This document shows, one piece after another, positions 8,745 through 20,743 of a stretch of DNA of 64,000 bases; the stretch's first letter is position 1; every line of letters starts with the position of its first letter. The notes under the pieces are model-generated. The model ran no database searches. It had not been told where the DNA came from and saw only the letters and a list, made by a program, of their open reading frames with translations. Source of the DNA: Syntrophorhabdaceae bacterium (lineage in GTDB: Bacteria; Desulfobacterota; Syntrophorhabdia; Syntrophorhabdales; Syntrophorhabdaceae). Made by a program: the position numbers and the translations under genes. The stretch spans positions 1-64,000 of the forward strand of contig CAXXUO010000002.1 of NCBI GenBank assembly GCA_963666485.2, in the 5' to 3' direction.

Positions 8745-11436
8745 ATGAGGCCCGGGGATTTGAATGCGCTTTTTAATCCGAATACGGTTGCCCTGATCGG
8801 GGCGTCGGATGTGGATGGTTCGGTCGGCAGGTCCGTCATGGAGAATTTGATCAGGCCGGGGAACCGGAAGATCTTTCCCGTCAATCCGAAACGGGATATT
8901 CTCTTCGGCCAGGAATGCTTTCCGAATATCGCATCGGTCAACCGGGAGGTCGACCTCGCGGTCATAGCGACGCCTGCGGCAACGGTGCCGGCGATCGTAG
9001 AGGAGTGCGGGGAAGCCGGGGTCGCCGGGCTCATTATCATATCGGCGGGTTTCAGGGAAACAGGCGAAGCCGGGCAGGCGCTCGAGGACCGGATATCGGA
9101 GGTCCGGAAGAGGTACGGGATGCGGATCATCGGTCCCAATTGCATCGGCGTGGTCCGGCCCACGGTCGGCCTCAATACCTCGTTCCTCAAAGCGAACCCG
9201 GATGCGGGAAACGTCGCCTTTATATCCCAGAGCGGGGCCCTGGGCAGTGCGATCCTCGATTGGGCCGTCCGTGCGCACATAGGGTTCAGCATGTTCACGT
9301 CATTGGGATCGATGATCGACATCGATTTTGCGGACCTCATCGATTACCTGGGCGAAGATTACAAGACGCGCAGCATCATGCTCTACATGGAGGGGGTCGG
9401 CAACGCGAAGAGGTTCATGAGTTCCGCGAGGGGTTTTGCCCGCACGAAACCCATCGTTGTCGTCAAGCCGGGAAAGTTCACGGAAAGCGCCCGGGCCGCT
9501 CTATCCCATACGGGGTCCATGGCGGGTGACGACCAGGTCTACGACGCGGCGTTCAAAAGGGTCGGCGTGATCCGGGTCAGTGAATTCTCCGACCTCTTCA
9601 ACGCGGCCGCGGTCCTCGATTCCAAGTACCTCCCGCGCGGAGGCAACCTGGCGATCGTCACCAACGCGGGGGGCTTCGGCGTTATGGCGACGGACACCCT
9701 TATCGCGCTCGGGGGACGGCTTGCGGAACTTTCGGATGACACGAGGGGACATCTCGATGCGACCCTGCCCGCCTGCTGGAGCAAGGGGAACCCGATAGAC
9801 GTCCTGGGAGACGCCGACTGCCCCCGTTACGAGGCAGCGATCAAGGCATGCTTGAGTGACCGGAAGGTCGACGGGATACTCGTCATCTATTCTCCCCAGG
9901 CCATCCTGCGGCCCGATATCCTCGCAGAGACCGTTGTCAGGCTTGCAAAAGAGTCGGCGAAACCGATAATTACGGCGTGGGTGGGGGGGCGATTGGGTCG
10001 AGAGCGGCAGGGCCGTGCTCTTGCGTAATAATATACCGACCTATGAAAGCCCCGAGGACGCCGTCCGGACTTACCTCCACATGTACAACTACCGCCGCAA
10101 CCTGACGCTCCTGTATGAGACCCCGTCTGAGCTGGGCCTGGCAGAAGGGCCGTCAAAGAACCACCTCAAGGCGTTCATCAAGCGGGTATCGAATGAGAAC
10201 AGGTGCACAACCGGGAACACCTGTATCCTGACCGAGGCGGAATCGAAGGAATTCCTTCTCACGTACGGAATAAATACCACCATCCCCAAGCTCGCGCACA
10301 ATCCCGAGGAGGCGATGCGCTTCGCGGAGGATATCGGCTATCCCGTTGTCCTCAAGATCGTTTCCCCGGACATAACCCACAAAACCGACGTAGGCGGGAT
10401 AAAGACGGGGATACGCAGCAAGTATGACCTGGCCGAGGCCTATACTGACATGATGCGCACGGTGCAGACCAGGGCGCCCGAGGCGCACTTAACCGGCATA
10501 TCTGTCCAGAGGATGGTCCAGAACATCGACTGGGAGCTTATTGTCGGCGCGAAGAAAGACAACGACTTCGGAACGATCATCCTGTTCGGCATGGGGGGCA
10601 TCGGGACGGAGATATTCAAGGATGTCAGCATCGGGCTGCCGCCGCTCAACCAGATCCTCGCGCGCCGGCTGATGGAAGATACAAAGATATACAAGGCGCT
10701 TAAAGGCTTCCGGGGCAAACAGCCGGCGAACATGACGGGCCTCGAGGAATTGATAGTCAACTTCTCGAACATGATCGTGGATTTCCCGGAGATACGCGAG
10801 ATCGACATCAATCCCGTGGTCATCGCGGAAGGAAATGCCTGGGCCCTCGATGCCCGCATTGTCCTCGATCTCGACCAGGTAGACCACAAGACGCTCTACC
10901 CGCACCTCGTTATAACGCCCTACCCGTCCCGGTATGTTACGGCGTGGCGCATGAGGGACGGCACAGATGTCACGCTCCGGCCGATCAAGCCCGAGGACGA
11001 ACCGCTCGAGTACGAAATGTTGACAACCCTCTCCCGCGAATCCATGAGGGTCAGGTTCTTCTCTGTTCTCAAAGAGATCACGCACGAGATGCTCATGCGC
11101 TTCTGCAACATCGACTACGACCGTGAGATGGCAATGATCGCCGAGACGCATACGGACGGCAAAAGGCGGATGATAGCGGTCTCGCGGCTTATCGTTGACC
11201 CCGACGGCAGAAAGGCGGAATACGCCATCGTCGTTCACGACGATTTCCAGGGCAAAGGCCTCGGTTACAAGATGGTCGACGTCCTCATCGGCCTCGCCCA
11301 GGACAAAGGGCTCGATGAGATCTACGGAATCGTGTTGTCGGAAAACGACAAGATGCTGACGGTTGTCCAGAAGCTCGGGTTCAAGGTCACCCGGGAACCG
11401 GACGGGATCTCGCATGTGGCGCTGGCGCTGAAATGA
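8745..11436 (+). pseudogene. ADP-forming acyl-CoA ligase family (alpha+beta)/GNAT fusion, split by a 1-nt frameshift in a G7 run
   Basis: CoA-binding domain (IIGPNCIG, SQSGAL, SHTGS, NPIDVLGDA) in 8745-10028; ATP-grasp (HKTDVGG, EIDINP) and GNAT in 10015-11436; removing one G at 9983-9989 joins them. Confidence 0.85.
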
Positions 11437-11517
11437 CGAACGCAACGGCGTACTGCTTACGGCGAATGGCGAACGGTTAAAGGTCGATGGGATAATAAAG
11501 ACCGCGTCCCCCCCCGC

Positions 11518-11671
11518 CGTCATCCCGGTGCTTGACACCGGGATCCAGTGTCTTTGCCTTTGTGTCCTGGTTTTTGGCTTTTGCGTGGCCTAGAGGCTCA
11601 GCCATATGAAAGACAGGTAGTACGAAAGAAATGGAAAACCTTGGATCCCGGTGTCAAGCACCGGGATGACG
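11518..11671. repeat. Inverted pair of CGTC-tagged REP-like palindromes (subtype CCCGGTG/CACCGGG)
   Basis: cgtcatcccggtgcttgacaccgggatcca at 11518 and its reverse complement at 11642-11671; degenerate heptamers at 11436-11476. Confidence 0.9.
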
Positions 11672-11687
11672 ATTTCCGGGGTGTGTG

Positions 11688-12020
11688 ATGGAACGGAGGA
11701 AGAAATTTACTCGCTTGAATGAGCCGGCGGAGCGGTATGAGACGATACGGCATTATATCGCGGCGCTTCTCGAAGAAGGGACGTACTCCGCTAAAGACCT
11801 CTCCCAGGTGATAAAGATACCGGAAAAGGACGTGTGCGATCATCTGGAGCATCTGCAGCGCACGCTGAGCAAGACCGACAAACACCTGGAGGTGACCCCT
11901 GCGTACTGTAGGAGTTGCGATTTCGTATTCAAAAAACGTGACCGCCTCACCAAGCCCGGTAAATGCCCCTCCTGCCGGTCGATCCATATCCAGGCACCGT
12001 TGTTCCATATCAAAAAATAG
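11688..12020 (+). CDS. Small HTH + Zn-ribbon putative transcriptional regulator (COG3357-like)
   Basis: HTH-like SAKDLSQVIKIPEKDVCDHLEHL, then CRSC...CPSC. Confidence 0.8.
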   Translation: MERRKKFTRLNEPAERYETIRHYIAALLEEGTYSAKDLSQVIKIPEKDVCDHLEHLQRTLSKTDKHLEVTPAYCRSCDFVFKKRDRLTKPGKCPSCRSIHIQAPLFHIKK

Positions 12021-12178
12021 TTCCACGTTCCAGGTTCCACGTTCCACGCAAAACCCGGCCTTTGGGCTTTTTCACGGCTGAACTGACTTTGTTGTTTCTT
12101 TTTTATCAGGTCGAACGTACAACCATCTTTTCGTTCTTTTTGCTTTTCGCGTGGAACGTGGAACGTGGAACCTGGAAC
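12020..12178. repeat. Inverted heptamer-array element, GTTCCAC type (4+4)
   Basis: Left arm starts on the G of the TAG stop; right arm gtggaac x3 + ctggaac. Confidence 0.9.
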
Positions 12179-12232
12179 CGTTTCTAAACAATTGCTTTTC
12201 AACGACATTTCTGCTATAAATTTCACTTGTCT

Positions 12233-13294
12233 ATGCGCGATGTCATAGTCAGGGTGTGGAGCGGTGAAGCGAAAATTGCACGGTCGCTCCTTTATGTTCC
12301 GCTCGCCTGCCTTTCCTATTTTTACCAGATTGCGCTTATGGCCAGGGAGTATATGTACAAGACAGGGATAATGAAAACACAGAACGCGCCCATACCGGTC
12401 ATCAGTGTCGGCAATATCACCCTCGGCGGGACGGGGAAGACCCCGGTCGTCGAGCGCCTGTCGCGTACTTTCAAAGACAAGGGCTTCAACCCGGGCATCA
12501 TCACGCGCGGGTACCTGAGGACGAAGAGCGGAACCTTCCCCGTCGATGTCAAGAACGATACTGCGAAAACGGCGGGGGACGAGGCCTACATGCTCGCAAA
12601 AAGGACCCGCATCCCGGTGATCGTGGGGAAAGACCGCATGACCGCCATTGAGTGCGGGATAGATCACTGCAACATCGATCTCGCCATTCTCGATGACGGT
12701 TTCCAGGTGCGTGACGTCAAGAAGGATGCGGACATCCTGATCTTGAATGGCAAGGAATCACTGGCACGGCAGGAACTCTTCCCGCTCGGCCCCTATCGCG
12801 ACCCTATCTCGCGGGTCCGCGCCTGCGATGCGATACTCGTCAGCAAGGCAGAGCCCGACAGCGCGACCCTCTACTTTACGCGGGGCATACCGCGGTTCCA
12901 GGTGCGCCATCATCCCGTGCACCTGTACAACATGACGCAGAACGTCATCGCGCATTACAACTACCTGAAGAACAAAAAGATCGCCGCCTTTTCCGGCCTC
13001 GGGGACAACGAATCGTTTTTTCAGCTCTTGAGGCAGATCGGCGCGAACATAGTACATGAGACATCCTATCCCGATCATTACAGGTACACGCAGAGGGACA
13101 TCAAGAAATTTGAATCTATCAGCGATATCGAATGTATCGTAACAACCGAAAAGGATGCGGTTAAACTCCTCGGTATGGAACTTCCGGACAATCTTTTTTA
13201 CCTTGCTATTGAAGCCCGGATCGAGGACGAGGATACATTGATGGAGCTCCTTCTCAAGAAGACCACCCCGCGTGCCCCGGTCCGCCTCGCGTAG
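12233..13294 (+). CDS. lpxK: Tetraacyldisaccharide 4'-kinase
   Basis: ISVGNITLGGTGKTP, GDEAYML, LDDGFQ, PLGPYR, YPDHY, TTEKDAVK. Confidence 0.95.
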   Translation: MRDVIVRVWSGEAKIARSLLYVPLACLSYFYQIALMAREYMYKTGIMKTQNAPIPVISVGNITLGGTGKTPVVERLSRTFKDKGFNPGIITRGYLRTKSGTFPVDVKNDTAKTAGDEAYMLAKRTRIPVIVGKDRMTAIECGIDHCNIDLAILDDGFQVRDVKKDADILILNGKESLARQELFPLGPYRDPISRVRACDAILVSKAEPDSATLYFTRGIPRFQVRHHPVHLYNMTQNVIAHYNYLKNKKIAAFSGLGDNESFFQLLRQIGANIVHETSYPDHYRYTQRDIKKFESISDIECIVTTEKDAVKLLGMELPDNLFYLAIEARIEDEDTLMELLLKKTTPRAPVRLA

Positions 13295-13392
13295 AGGATT
13301 AAACGGGTCGGGGAGCAAAGAATCAACGGAAAAACCTTCCAACTGCCTCGACCTGAAAAATAGCAGTGCCCCTTCATCGCACGGTGATCGGG
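13241..13392 (+). promoter_or_regulatory. Candidate structured leader/attenuator upstream of leuA
   Basis: 13304-13313 can pair with either 13275-13284 or 13346-13355; internal GAGGA-N7-ATG gives MELLL... ending at the lpxK stop. Confidence 0.4.
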
Positions 13393-13419
13393 AAAATAAA
13401 AAAAGGAGGAGACAAGAGC

Positions 13420-14940
<1,521 letters not shown>

Positions 14941-14952
14941 GGGGAATACGAT

Positions 14953-16215
14953 ATGGGAATGACAATAACCGAGAAGATACTGGCGGCACATGCCGATAAG
15001 GAATACGTCGAGCCCGGTGAGATAGTCGATTGCAGGATCGACCTCGCCATGGCGAATGATATAACCGCACCGTTGTCCCTCGAGGAATTTGAAAAAGTGG
15101 GTGCGAAGAAGGTCTTCGACCCTGCGAAGGTCGTTTTCGTGCTCGATCATTTCACGCCGAACAAAGACATTCTCTCTGCGGAGAACTGCAAGAAGATACG
15201 GGAGTTTTCGCAAAAATACGGCATAGTCAACTTCTTCGAAGGCGGCCAGTGCGGGATAGAGCACGCGCTGCTTCCCGAGAAGGGGCTCGTCGTGGCGGGT
15301 GACGTCGTCATCGGCGCGGACAGCCACACGTGCACGTACGGCGCGCTCGGCGCATTTTCCACGGGTATGGGCTCGACCGACATCACGTACGGGATGGTCA
15401 CCGGGCGGATCTGGTTCAAGGTCCCGGAGAGCATCAAGTTCCACTGTTACGGGACATGGCAGAAATGGGTCACCGGCAAGGAGCTCATCCTCCACATCCT
15501 CGGCATGATCGGCGTTGACGGCGCACTGTACAGCGCCATGGAATACTCGGGCGATGCGATAAACGCGCTGTCGATGGACTCGCGGTTCGCCATTGCGAAC
15601 ATGGCGATCGAGGCGGGCGGGAAGAACGGCATCTTCCACGTCGACGACAAGACCATCGCCTTCATGAAGGAGCATGCGACACGGCCGTACACGGTCTACG
15701 CAAGCGATGCCGACGCACAATACAAAGAGGTCTTCGAGATCGACGTCTCGAAGGTGGGCTTTACCGTCGCGTGCCCGTCGCTGCCGTCGAACGCGAAGGA
15801 CGCCGGCGAGCTCGGCAATGTGGAGATCGACCAGGTCGTCATCGGGTCGTGCACGAACGGCAGGCTGGAAGACCTCGAAATGGCGGCCGAGATATTGAAA
15901 GGAAAAAGGGTCGCGAAACACACACGGTGCATCATCATCCCGGCCACGCCTGCGATCTATGGCGAGGCGATGCGCAGGGGATACTTCCAGGTGTTCCTCG
16001 ATGCGGGATGCATCATTTCGCCTCCTACGTGCGGGCCATGCCTCGGCGGCCACATGGGCATCCTGGCGCGGGGAGAAAAAGCGGTTGCAACAACCAACAG
16101 GAATTTTATCGGAAGGATGGGACACCCGGAGAGCGAGGTCTATCTCGCAGGCCCGGCGGTAGCTGCCGCCACGGCCATCAAGGGCAAGATCACCCGTCCC
16201 GAGGAGGTAATATGA
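14953..16215 (+). CDS. leuC: 3-isopropylmalate dehydratase large subunit (type 2)
   Basis: [31 protein letters not shown]. Confidence 0.95.
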   Translation: MGMTITEKILAAHADKEYVEPGEIVDCRIDLAMANDITAPLSLEEFEKVGAKKVFDPAKVVFVLDHFTPNKDILSAENCKKIREFSQKYGIVNFFEGGQCGIEHALLPEKGLVVAGDVVIGADSHTCTYGALGAFSTGMGSTDITYGMVTGRIWFKVPESIKFHCYGTWQKWVTGKELILHILGMIGVDGALYSAMEYSGDAINALSMDSRFAIANMAIEAGGKNGIFHVDDKTIAFMKEHATRPYTVYASDADAQYKEVFEIDVSKVGFTVACPSLPSNAKDAGELGNVEIDQVVIGSCTNGRLEDLEMAAEILKGKRVAKHTRCIIIPATPAIYGEAMRRGYFQVFLDAGCIISPPTCGPCLGGHMGILARGEKAVATTNRNFIGRMGHPESEVYLAGPAVAAATAIKGKITRPEEVI

Positions 16216-16697
16216 AACTCAAAGGTAAGGTCTGGAAGTTCGGCGATCACATCGATACCGATATCATCATACCGGCACAGTACCTCATGCACACGGACCC
16301 GAAGGTCTTGAGCCAGCACTGCATGGAACCGCTCTCACCTGATTTTCCGAAAAAAGTTCAGCCGGGCGACATCATTGTGTCCGGGATAAACTTCGGGTGC
16401 GGCTCGTCGCGTGAACATGCCCCGCTCGCGATCACGGGGCTCGGGATCGCACTCATCATAGCAAAGACATTCGCACGTATATTCTACCGCAACGCTTTCA
16501 ACAAGGGCCTCGCGCTCCTCGAAGCAGACATTTACGATCTCGTGAAAGATGGCGACGAGATCGAAGTTGATATCTCCCAGGGCATTATTCATGCGGGAGG
16601 AAAAGAAATTCATGCCAAACCAATTCCCCCCTTCATGGAGGAACTCATTAATGAGGGCGGATTGATAAACCATCTCAAGAAAAAGCTGGAGGGCTAA
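16212..16697 (+). CDS. leuD: 3-isopropylmalate dehydratase small subunit (type 2)
   Basis: [28 protein letters not shown]. Confidence 0.95.
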   Translation: MKLKGKVWKFGDHIDTDIIIPAQYLMHTDPKVLSQHCMEPLSPDFPKKVQPGDIIVSGINFGCGSSREHAPLAITGLGIALIIAKTFARIFYRNAFNKGLALLEADIYDLVKDGDEIEVDISQGIIHAGGKEIHAKPIPPFMEELINEGGLINHLKKKLEG

Positions 16698-16698
16698 A

Positions 16699-17715
16699 AT
16701 GAAACAGTACAACGTCGCAGTAGCCGGGGCCACAGGCGCCGTCGGCAATGAAATGGTCAAAGTCCTCGAGGAACGGAATTTTCCGGTCAAGAACCTGACA
16801 CTTCTCGCTTCCTCGCGGAGCGTTGGCAAGACTATGAGCTTCCACGGTCAGGATGTCAAGGTACAGGAACTGAAAGAGGATTCATTCAAGGATATCGATA
16901 TCGGCCTCTTTTCGCCCGGCGGAGCGATCAGCACCAAGTTCGCCCCGATAGCGGCGGCAAGCGGATGCGTCGTCATCGATAACACGAGCGCCTTCCGGAT
17001 GGATCCGGATGTCCCCCTCGTCGTCCCCGAGGTCAACGAGCACGCCATCGCGCAGCACACGAAACGCGGGATCATCTCCAACCCCAACTGTTCCACCATC
17101 CAGATGGTCGTAGCATTAAAGCCCCTGTATGACGTCGCAAAGATCAAGAGGGTCGTCGTCTCGACCTACCAGGCAGTGTCCGGGACCGGGCAGAAAGCGA
17201 TCAAGGAACTGGAAGAGCAGGTCCTCGCGATCTACAACATGAAGCCGATCGAAAAGAAGGTGTACCCGCACCAGATCGCCTTCAACGTCCTGCCGCACAT
17301 CGACAGCTTCCTCGAAAGCGGCTACACCAAGGAAGAGATGAAGATGGTCAACGAGACCAAGAAGATCATGGAAGACAACAACATCCAGGTCACCGCGACC
17401 ACGGTCAGGGTCCCGGTCTTCTACGGGCACTCCGAATCCGTCAACATCGAATTCGAGAGCGAAATGACACCCGACATGGCACGCAAGATCCTCGCCAAGG
17501 CGCCGGGCGTGAAGGTCGTCGACAACCCGTCGAAGAACCTCTACCCCCTCGCACTGGAAGCCGCGGGCAAAGATGCCACGTACGTCGGCCGCATCAGGGT
17601 AGACGACACGGTCAAGTACGGCCTCAACATGTGGGTCGTTGCAGACAACATCAGAAAAGGCGCCGCATTGAACGCGGTTCAGATAGCGGAAGCTTTAATT
17701 GCAAAATACCTTTAA
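16699..17715 (+). CDS. asd: Aspartate-semialdehyde dehydrogenase
   Basis: GATGAVG, NPNCST, STYQAVSG, VRVPVFYGHSE, DNIRKGAALNAVQIAE. Confidence 0.97.
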   Translation: MKQYNVAVAGATGAVGNEMVKVLEERNFPVKNLTLLASSRSVGKTMSFHGQDVKVQELKEDSFKDIDIGLFSPGGAISTKFAPIAAASGCVVIDNTSAFRMDPDVPLVVPEVNEHAIAQHTKRGIISNPNCSTIQMVVALKPLYDVAKIKRVVVSTYQAVSGTGQKAIKELEEQVLAIYNMKPIEKKVYPHQIAFNVLPHIDSFLESGYTKEEMKMVNETKKIMEDNNIQVTATTVRVPVFYGHSESVNIEFESEMTPDMARKILAKAPGVKVVDNPSKNLYPLALEAAGKDATYVGRIRVDDTVKYGLNMWVVADNIRKGAALNAVQIAEALIAKYL

Positions 17716-17717
17716 AA

Positions 17718-17842
17718 GTTCCGGGTTCAAGGTTCCGGGTTCAAGGTTGAAAAACTTAACCCGGGACTTGACCCCGGCTGTATTCTTCGTTTTTGGCGGC
17801 TTTTGTTTTTAACCTTGAACCCGGAACCTTGAACCTTGAACC
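17718..17842. repeat. Inverted heptamer-array element, GTTCAAG/GTTCCGG mixed type
   Basis: gttccgg-gttcaag x2 left; right arm contains both cttgaac and the mirror variant ccggaac. Confidence 0.88.
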
Positions 17843-17857
17843 AGGGATCTTTTACCT

Positions 17858-18442
17858 ATGCCCGACATCGAATTCGCAGATAACGACGCTGACGTCCTCA
17901 CCCTCAAGGTCCCCTATTCCGACTTTTCCCGGCATGATCCGTCCGGGCAATTGAAGCAGCTCACCGACCCGCCCGAACCTGAAATACCGGCGATGAACCC
18001 CATAAAAAGGTTCGTCGTAACGACGGTCGGCATTTTCTTTCTCATGGTCGGGCTCATCGGGCTTAGCGGCGGCCAGAATACGCTCATCAGTATCGTCTGC
18101 ATCTTCTTCGGTCTCCTCGTGATCTGGACCTTCATCGCACGGCCGGAGATGAAAAAACGGAAGGCCGCCTCTTTAAAAACAAAAGTGAAAAACCCCGACG
18201 TATCGATCTCGTTCACGAAACAGAATATCGTGATGCGTTCACTCTACAGCGAATTAAAAAAAGACTGGCCGGAACTCGAAGAACACAGAAAAACAAAGAA
18301 GGGGGTCCATCTCACATTTACCGGCGGAACCGAAGTCTACCTCCCTCTTGACGCCTTCTACGGGGACGAGGTCAAGACCCTCACAACGCTCCTGCAGAAC
18401 AGAAAAACCGGTTCAAAGTTCAACGTTCAAAGTTCAACGTAA
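17858..18442 (+). CDS. Two-TM membrane protein, YcxB-like C-terminal domain
   Basis: Two hydrophobic helices, then KDWPEL...YLPLDAF; last 10 codons are heptamer repeat. Confidence 0.6.
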   Translation: MPDIEFADNDADVLTLKVPYSDFSRHDPSGQLKQLTDPPEPEIPAMNPIKRFVVTTVGIFFLMVGLIGLSGGQNTLISIVCIFFGLLVIWTFIARPEMKKRKAASLKTKVKNPDVSISFTKQNIVMRSLYSELKKDWPELEEHRKTKKGVHLTFTGGTEVYLPLDAFYGDEVKTLTTLLQNRKTGSKFNVQSST

Positions 18443-18690
18443 AAAACATAAAAAAAAACCCACCGTCATTCCGCCGGCTTTTGCGGCGGAATCCGGCGTC
18501 TTTACATGCATCCTGTTTATCTACATCATGGAAAAGAAAAGGCAAAGACACTGGATTCCCGCTTCGCGGGAATGACGATAGGTGGGGGATTACGGCTTCG
18601 CGGGAATGACGACTCATTGTAGAGTCCCGGACTGTTACGTTGAACGGTTGAACGGTTGAACCTTGAACCTTGAACTTTGAACTTTGAACC
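18410..18690. repeat. Composite: GTTCAA heptamer arms enclosing REP-like palindromes (18464-18503, 18544-18577, partial 18587-18611)
   Basis: Direct reading; left arm 4 units, right arm about 7 units. Confidence 0.9.
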
Positions 18691-18698
18691 TTCTGCTT

Positions 18699-19031
18699 TT
18701 AACGCTGCATCTTCGTTTTCTCGAGCTCCGCTATCTCATCTTCGATATCCCGTATCGTGAGCCGCATCCGGGTGATCGAGCTCATCCTGTCCCTGATGAA
18801 CGGGTCATCCGACGAGATCGTCTTCCCCGAGATGAACTGGTCGTAGACATACTCACCTATCTCGGCATTGACCCTCTGTATCGACCGCTGCAGCTTTGTC
18901 ACATCGAGGTATTTTCTCTTCCCGATCATTGCCTGACGCTCGACATTAAACGCAATGTCCTGCGCCGTCTCTTTCAGTGTTTTCAGACCTTCTTCGGTCC
19001 TCTTCTTTATATCGTCAATAAGCGCCATCAC
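18699..19031 (-). CDS. Small helical/coiled-coil hypothetical protein
   Basis: 110-aa ORF with AGGAGG RBS, fills the gap between two repeat elements. Confidence 0.7.
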   Translation of the reverse strand: MMALIDDIKKRTEEGLKTLKETAQDIAFNVERQAMIGKRKYLDVTKLQRSIQRVNAEIGEYVYDQFISGKTISSDDPFIRDRMSSITRMRLTIRDIEDEIAELEKTKMQR

Positions 19032-19085
19032 AAACCTCCTCTTCCGAAAAATATCATCGCATTTTTGGTGGGGAAACTCAAATAT

Positions 19086-19267
19086 CGTTCTACGTTCTGC
19101 GTTCTACGTTCTGCGTTGGAAACAACAGCAAAGACACTGGACTCCGGCTTTCGCCGGAGTGACGGATAGGGGTAATTGCGACACAGTCTCTTCGTCGGAA
19201 TAAGGGGTTGGATCTCAGCATTCGGAAACCGGCCTAACGTAGAACCTAGAACGCGGTACGTAGAACG
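19086..19267. repeat. Inverted heptamer-array element, CGTTCTA/TAGAACG type, enclosing a REP-like palindrome (19130-19164)
   Basis: cgttcta-cgttctg x2 left; tagaacc-tagaacg-cggtacg-tagaacg right. Confidence 0.85.
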
Positions 19268-19271
19268 TTTT

Positions 19272-20441
19272 TTAATACAGGAACATCGGCTTCCCGAGCG
19301 TATCCCTCACCTTTGGCCGGTATGTGTCAACATCGTACAGCGCGGTCACGTCGACCTGCTTCTTGGCTGTTATGACCATGTCAAGCGGGACCGTGGTGAA
19401 GATGCCGTTGTGCAGGGCGACCATGCGTCCCCTGTGGCCCACGGCAACCTGATCGAGGGCAAGGCTCCCGTAGGAGACGGCGACCATCCGGTCGAGGGAA
19501 TCGGGGGCGCCGGAGCGCATCATGTATGCGAGCTGCTGGTATATGATGTCCACCCCGCTGCGCTCTTTTATCTCCTGCGAAATGAGGAACCCGACTCCGC
19601 CGAGTTTCTTGTGGCCGTAGGCGTCCTCGATGCCTGTCTCGGTCACCGTTCCCCCGACAACGTGCGCTCCTTCCGAGATCGTCATGATCGCATAATGGGA
19701 GGGGTTCCTCTCCCGGTCCGCGACAAGGTAGTCGACGAGTTTCTGGACATCGAACGGTACCTCCGATATCACCGCACGGTCCACGTCGGCCAGGTATGCG
19801 GCAATGAGGGATGTCTCACCCGAATTGCGGCCGAAGAGCTCGACAACACAGATGCGTTCGTGGGAACCGGTCGTTGTCCTTAAGGCGTTTATCGCATCCA
19901 CCGACCTCGTGACGGCTGTCGAAAAGCCGATGCAGAAATCGGTCCCGAAAACATCGTTGTCCATCGTTTTGGGAATAGCGACGATCTGAACCCCTTCCCT
20001 GTTGAGCCGGGACGCATAGCTCAGGGTATCGTCACCGCCGATGGGGATGATCGCATCGATCTCGAGGAATTCGAGGACCTCGAGGATGTGCCGGGTACAG
20101 TCCATCTTGTCGTCAGATAAGGGGTCCTTGTCCGAATCAGCAACAAAAGGGGGAACGTCGGCGGTCTTCACCTTTCCGGGATTCGTCCGCGACGTGTGCA
20201 GGATCGTCCCCCCGGTCCTGTCGATAGTACGCACCTTCTCGAGAGTCATGGGAGCGATATACTGCTGCACGGTCTCCGGGTCTTCGGGATTCACGCGCAA
20301 GAGGCCCATCCACCCCCGGCGGATGCCGATAATGTCTATGTCGCTGGCTGCTGCACGCACAACAACGGCCTTTATGGCCACATTAAGACCCGGAACATCC
20401 CCGCCGCCTGTCAATATGGCCACTCTTTTCCTGCGCGCCAT
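19272..20441 (-). CDS. 6-phosphofructokinase (PfkA family, PPi-type signature)
   Basis: [36 protein letters not shown]. Confidence 0.92.
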   Translation of the reverse strand: MARRKRVAILTGGGDVPGLNVAIKAVVVRAAASDIDIIGIRRGWMGLLRVNPEDPETVQQYIAPMTLEKVRTIDRTGGTILHTSRTNPGKVKTADVPPFVADSDKDPLSDDKMDCTRHILEVLEFLEIDAIIPIGGDDTLSYASRLNREGVQIVAIPKTMDNDVFGTDFCIGFSTAVTRSVDAINALRTTTGSHERICVVELFGRNSGETSLIAAYLADVDRAVISEVPFDVQKLVDYLVADRERNPSHYAIMTISEGAHVVGGTVTETGIEDAYGHKKLGGVGFLISQEIKERSGVDIIYQQLAYMMRSGAPDSLDRMVAVSYGSLALDQVAVGHRGRMVALHNGIFTTVPLDMVITAKKQVDVTALYDVDTYRPKVRDTLGKPMFLY

Positions 20442-20494
20442 GCGCACCTCCGTCTTTCGGTAATTTGAGCCTATTCTGTCTATAGCCTGTTACC

Positions 20495-20702
20495 CAGGAC
20501 TTGTCAAGAACAGTGTTCTTGACAAGTCCTGTTCCACGTTCCAGGTTCCACGTTCCATGAAAAGGCGGGTTTTGTCTCCCGTTTTAGGGCATTCACCGAA
20601 TAATTATGCACTCCAAATTACGTTTCTTTTTTTCGCGTGGAACGTGGAACGTGGAACGTGGAATATCAACGACCTGAACTCGCAGTTCAGGTCGTTGATA
20701 TT
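20495..20702. repeat. GTTCCAC-type inverted heptamer element (20531-20663) flanked by two perfect hairpins
   Basis: 18-bp stem/1-nt loop at 20495-20531; 19-bp stem/3-nt loop at 20662-20702. Confidence 0.9.
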
Positions 20703-20723
20703 GTTGACTCTTTATGCTAGATT
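20695..20723 (+). promoter_or_regulatory. Putative sigma-70 promoter of dgt-valS
   Basis: TTGATA-17 nt-TAGATT with TG extension, 20 nt upstream of ATG 20744. Confidence 0.5.
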
Positions 20724-20743
20724 ACAGAGTTGGTTACAGCCCG

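Noticed and set aside
11518..11671. 30-bp palindromic repeats as a possible CRISPR array
   Set aside because: Copies are inverted and dispersed, not direct repeats with regular spacers; no cas genes.
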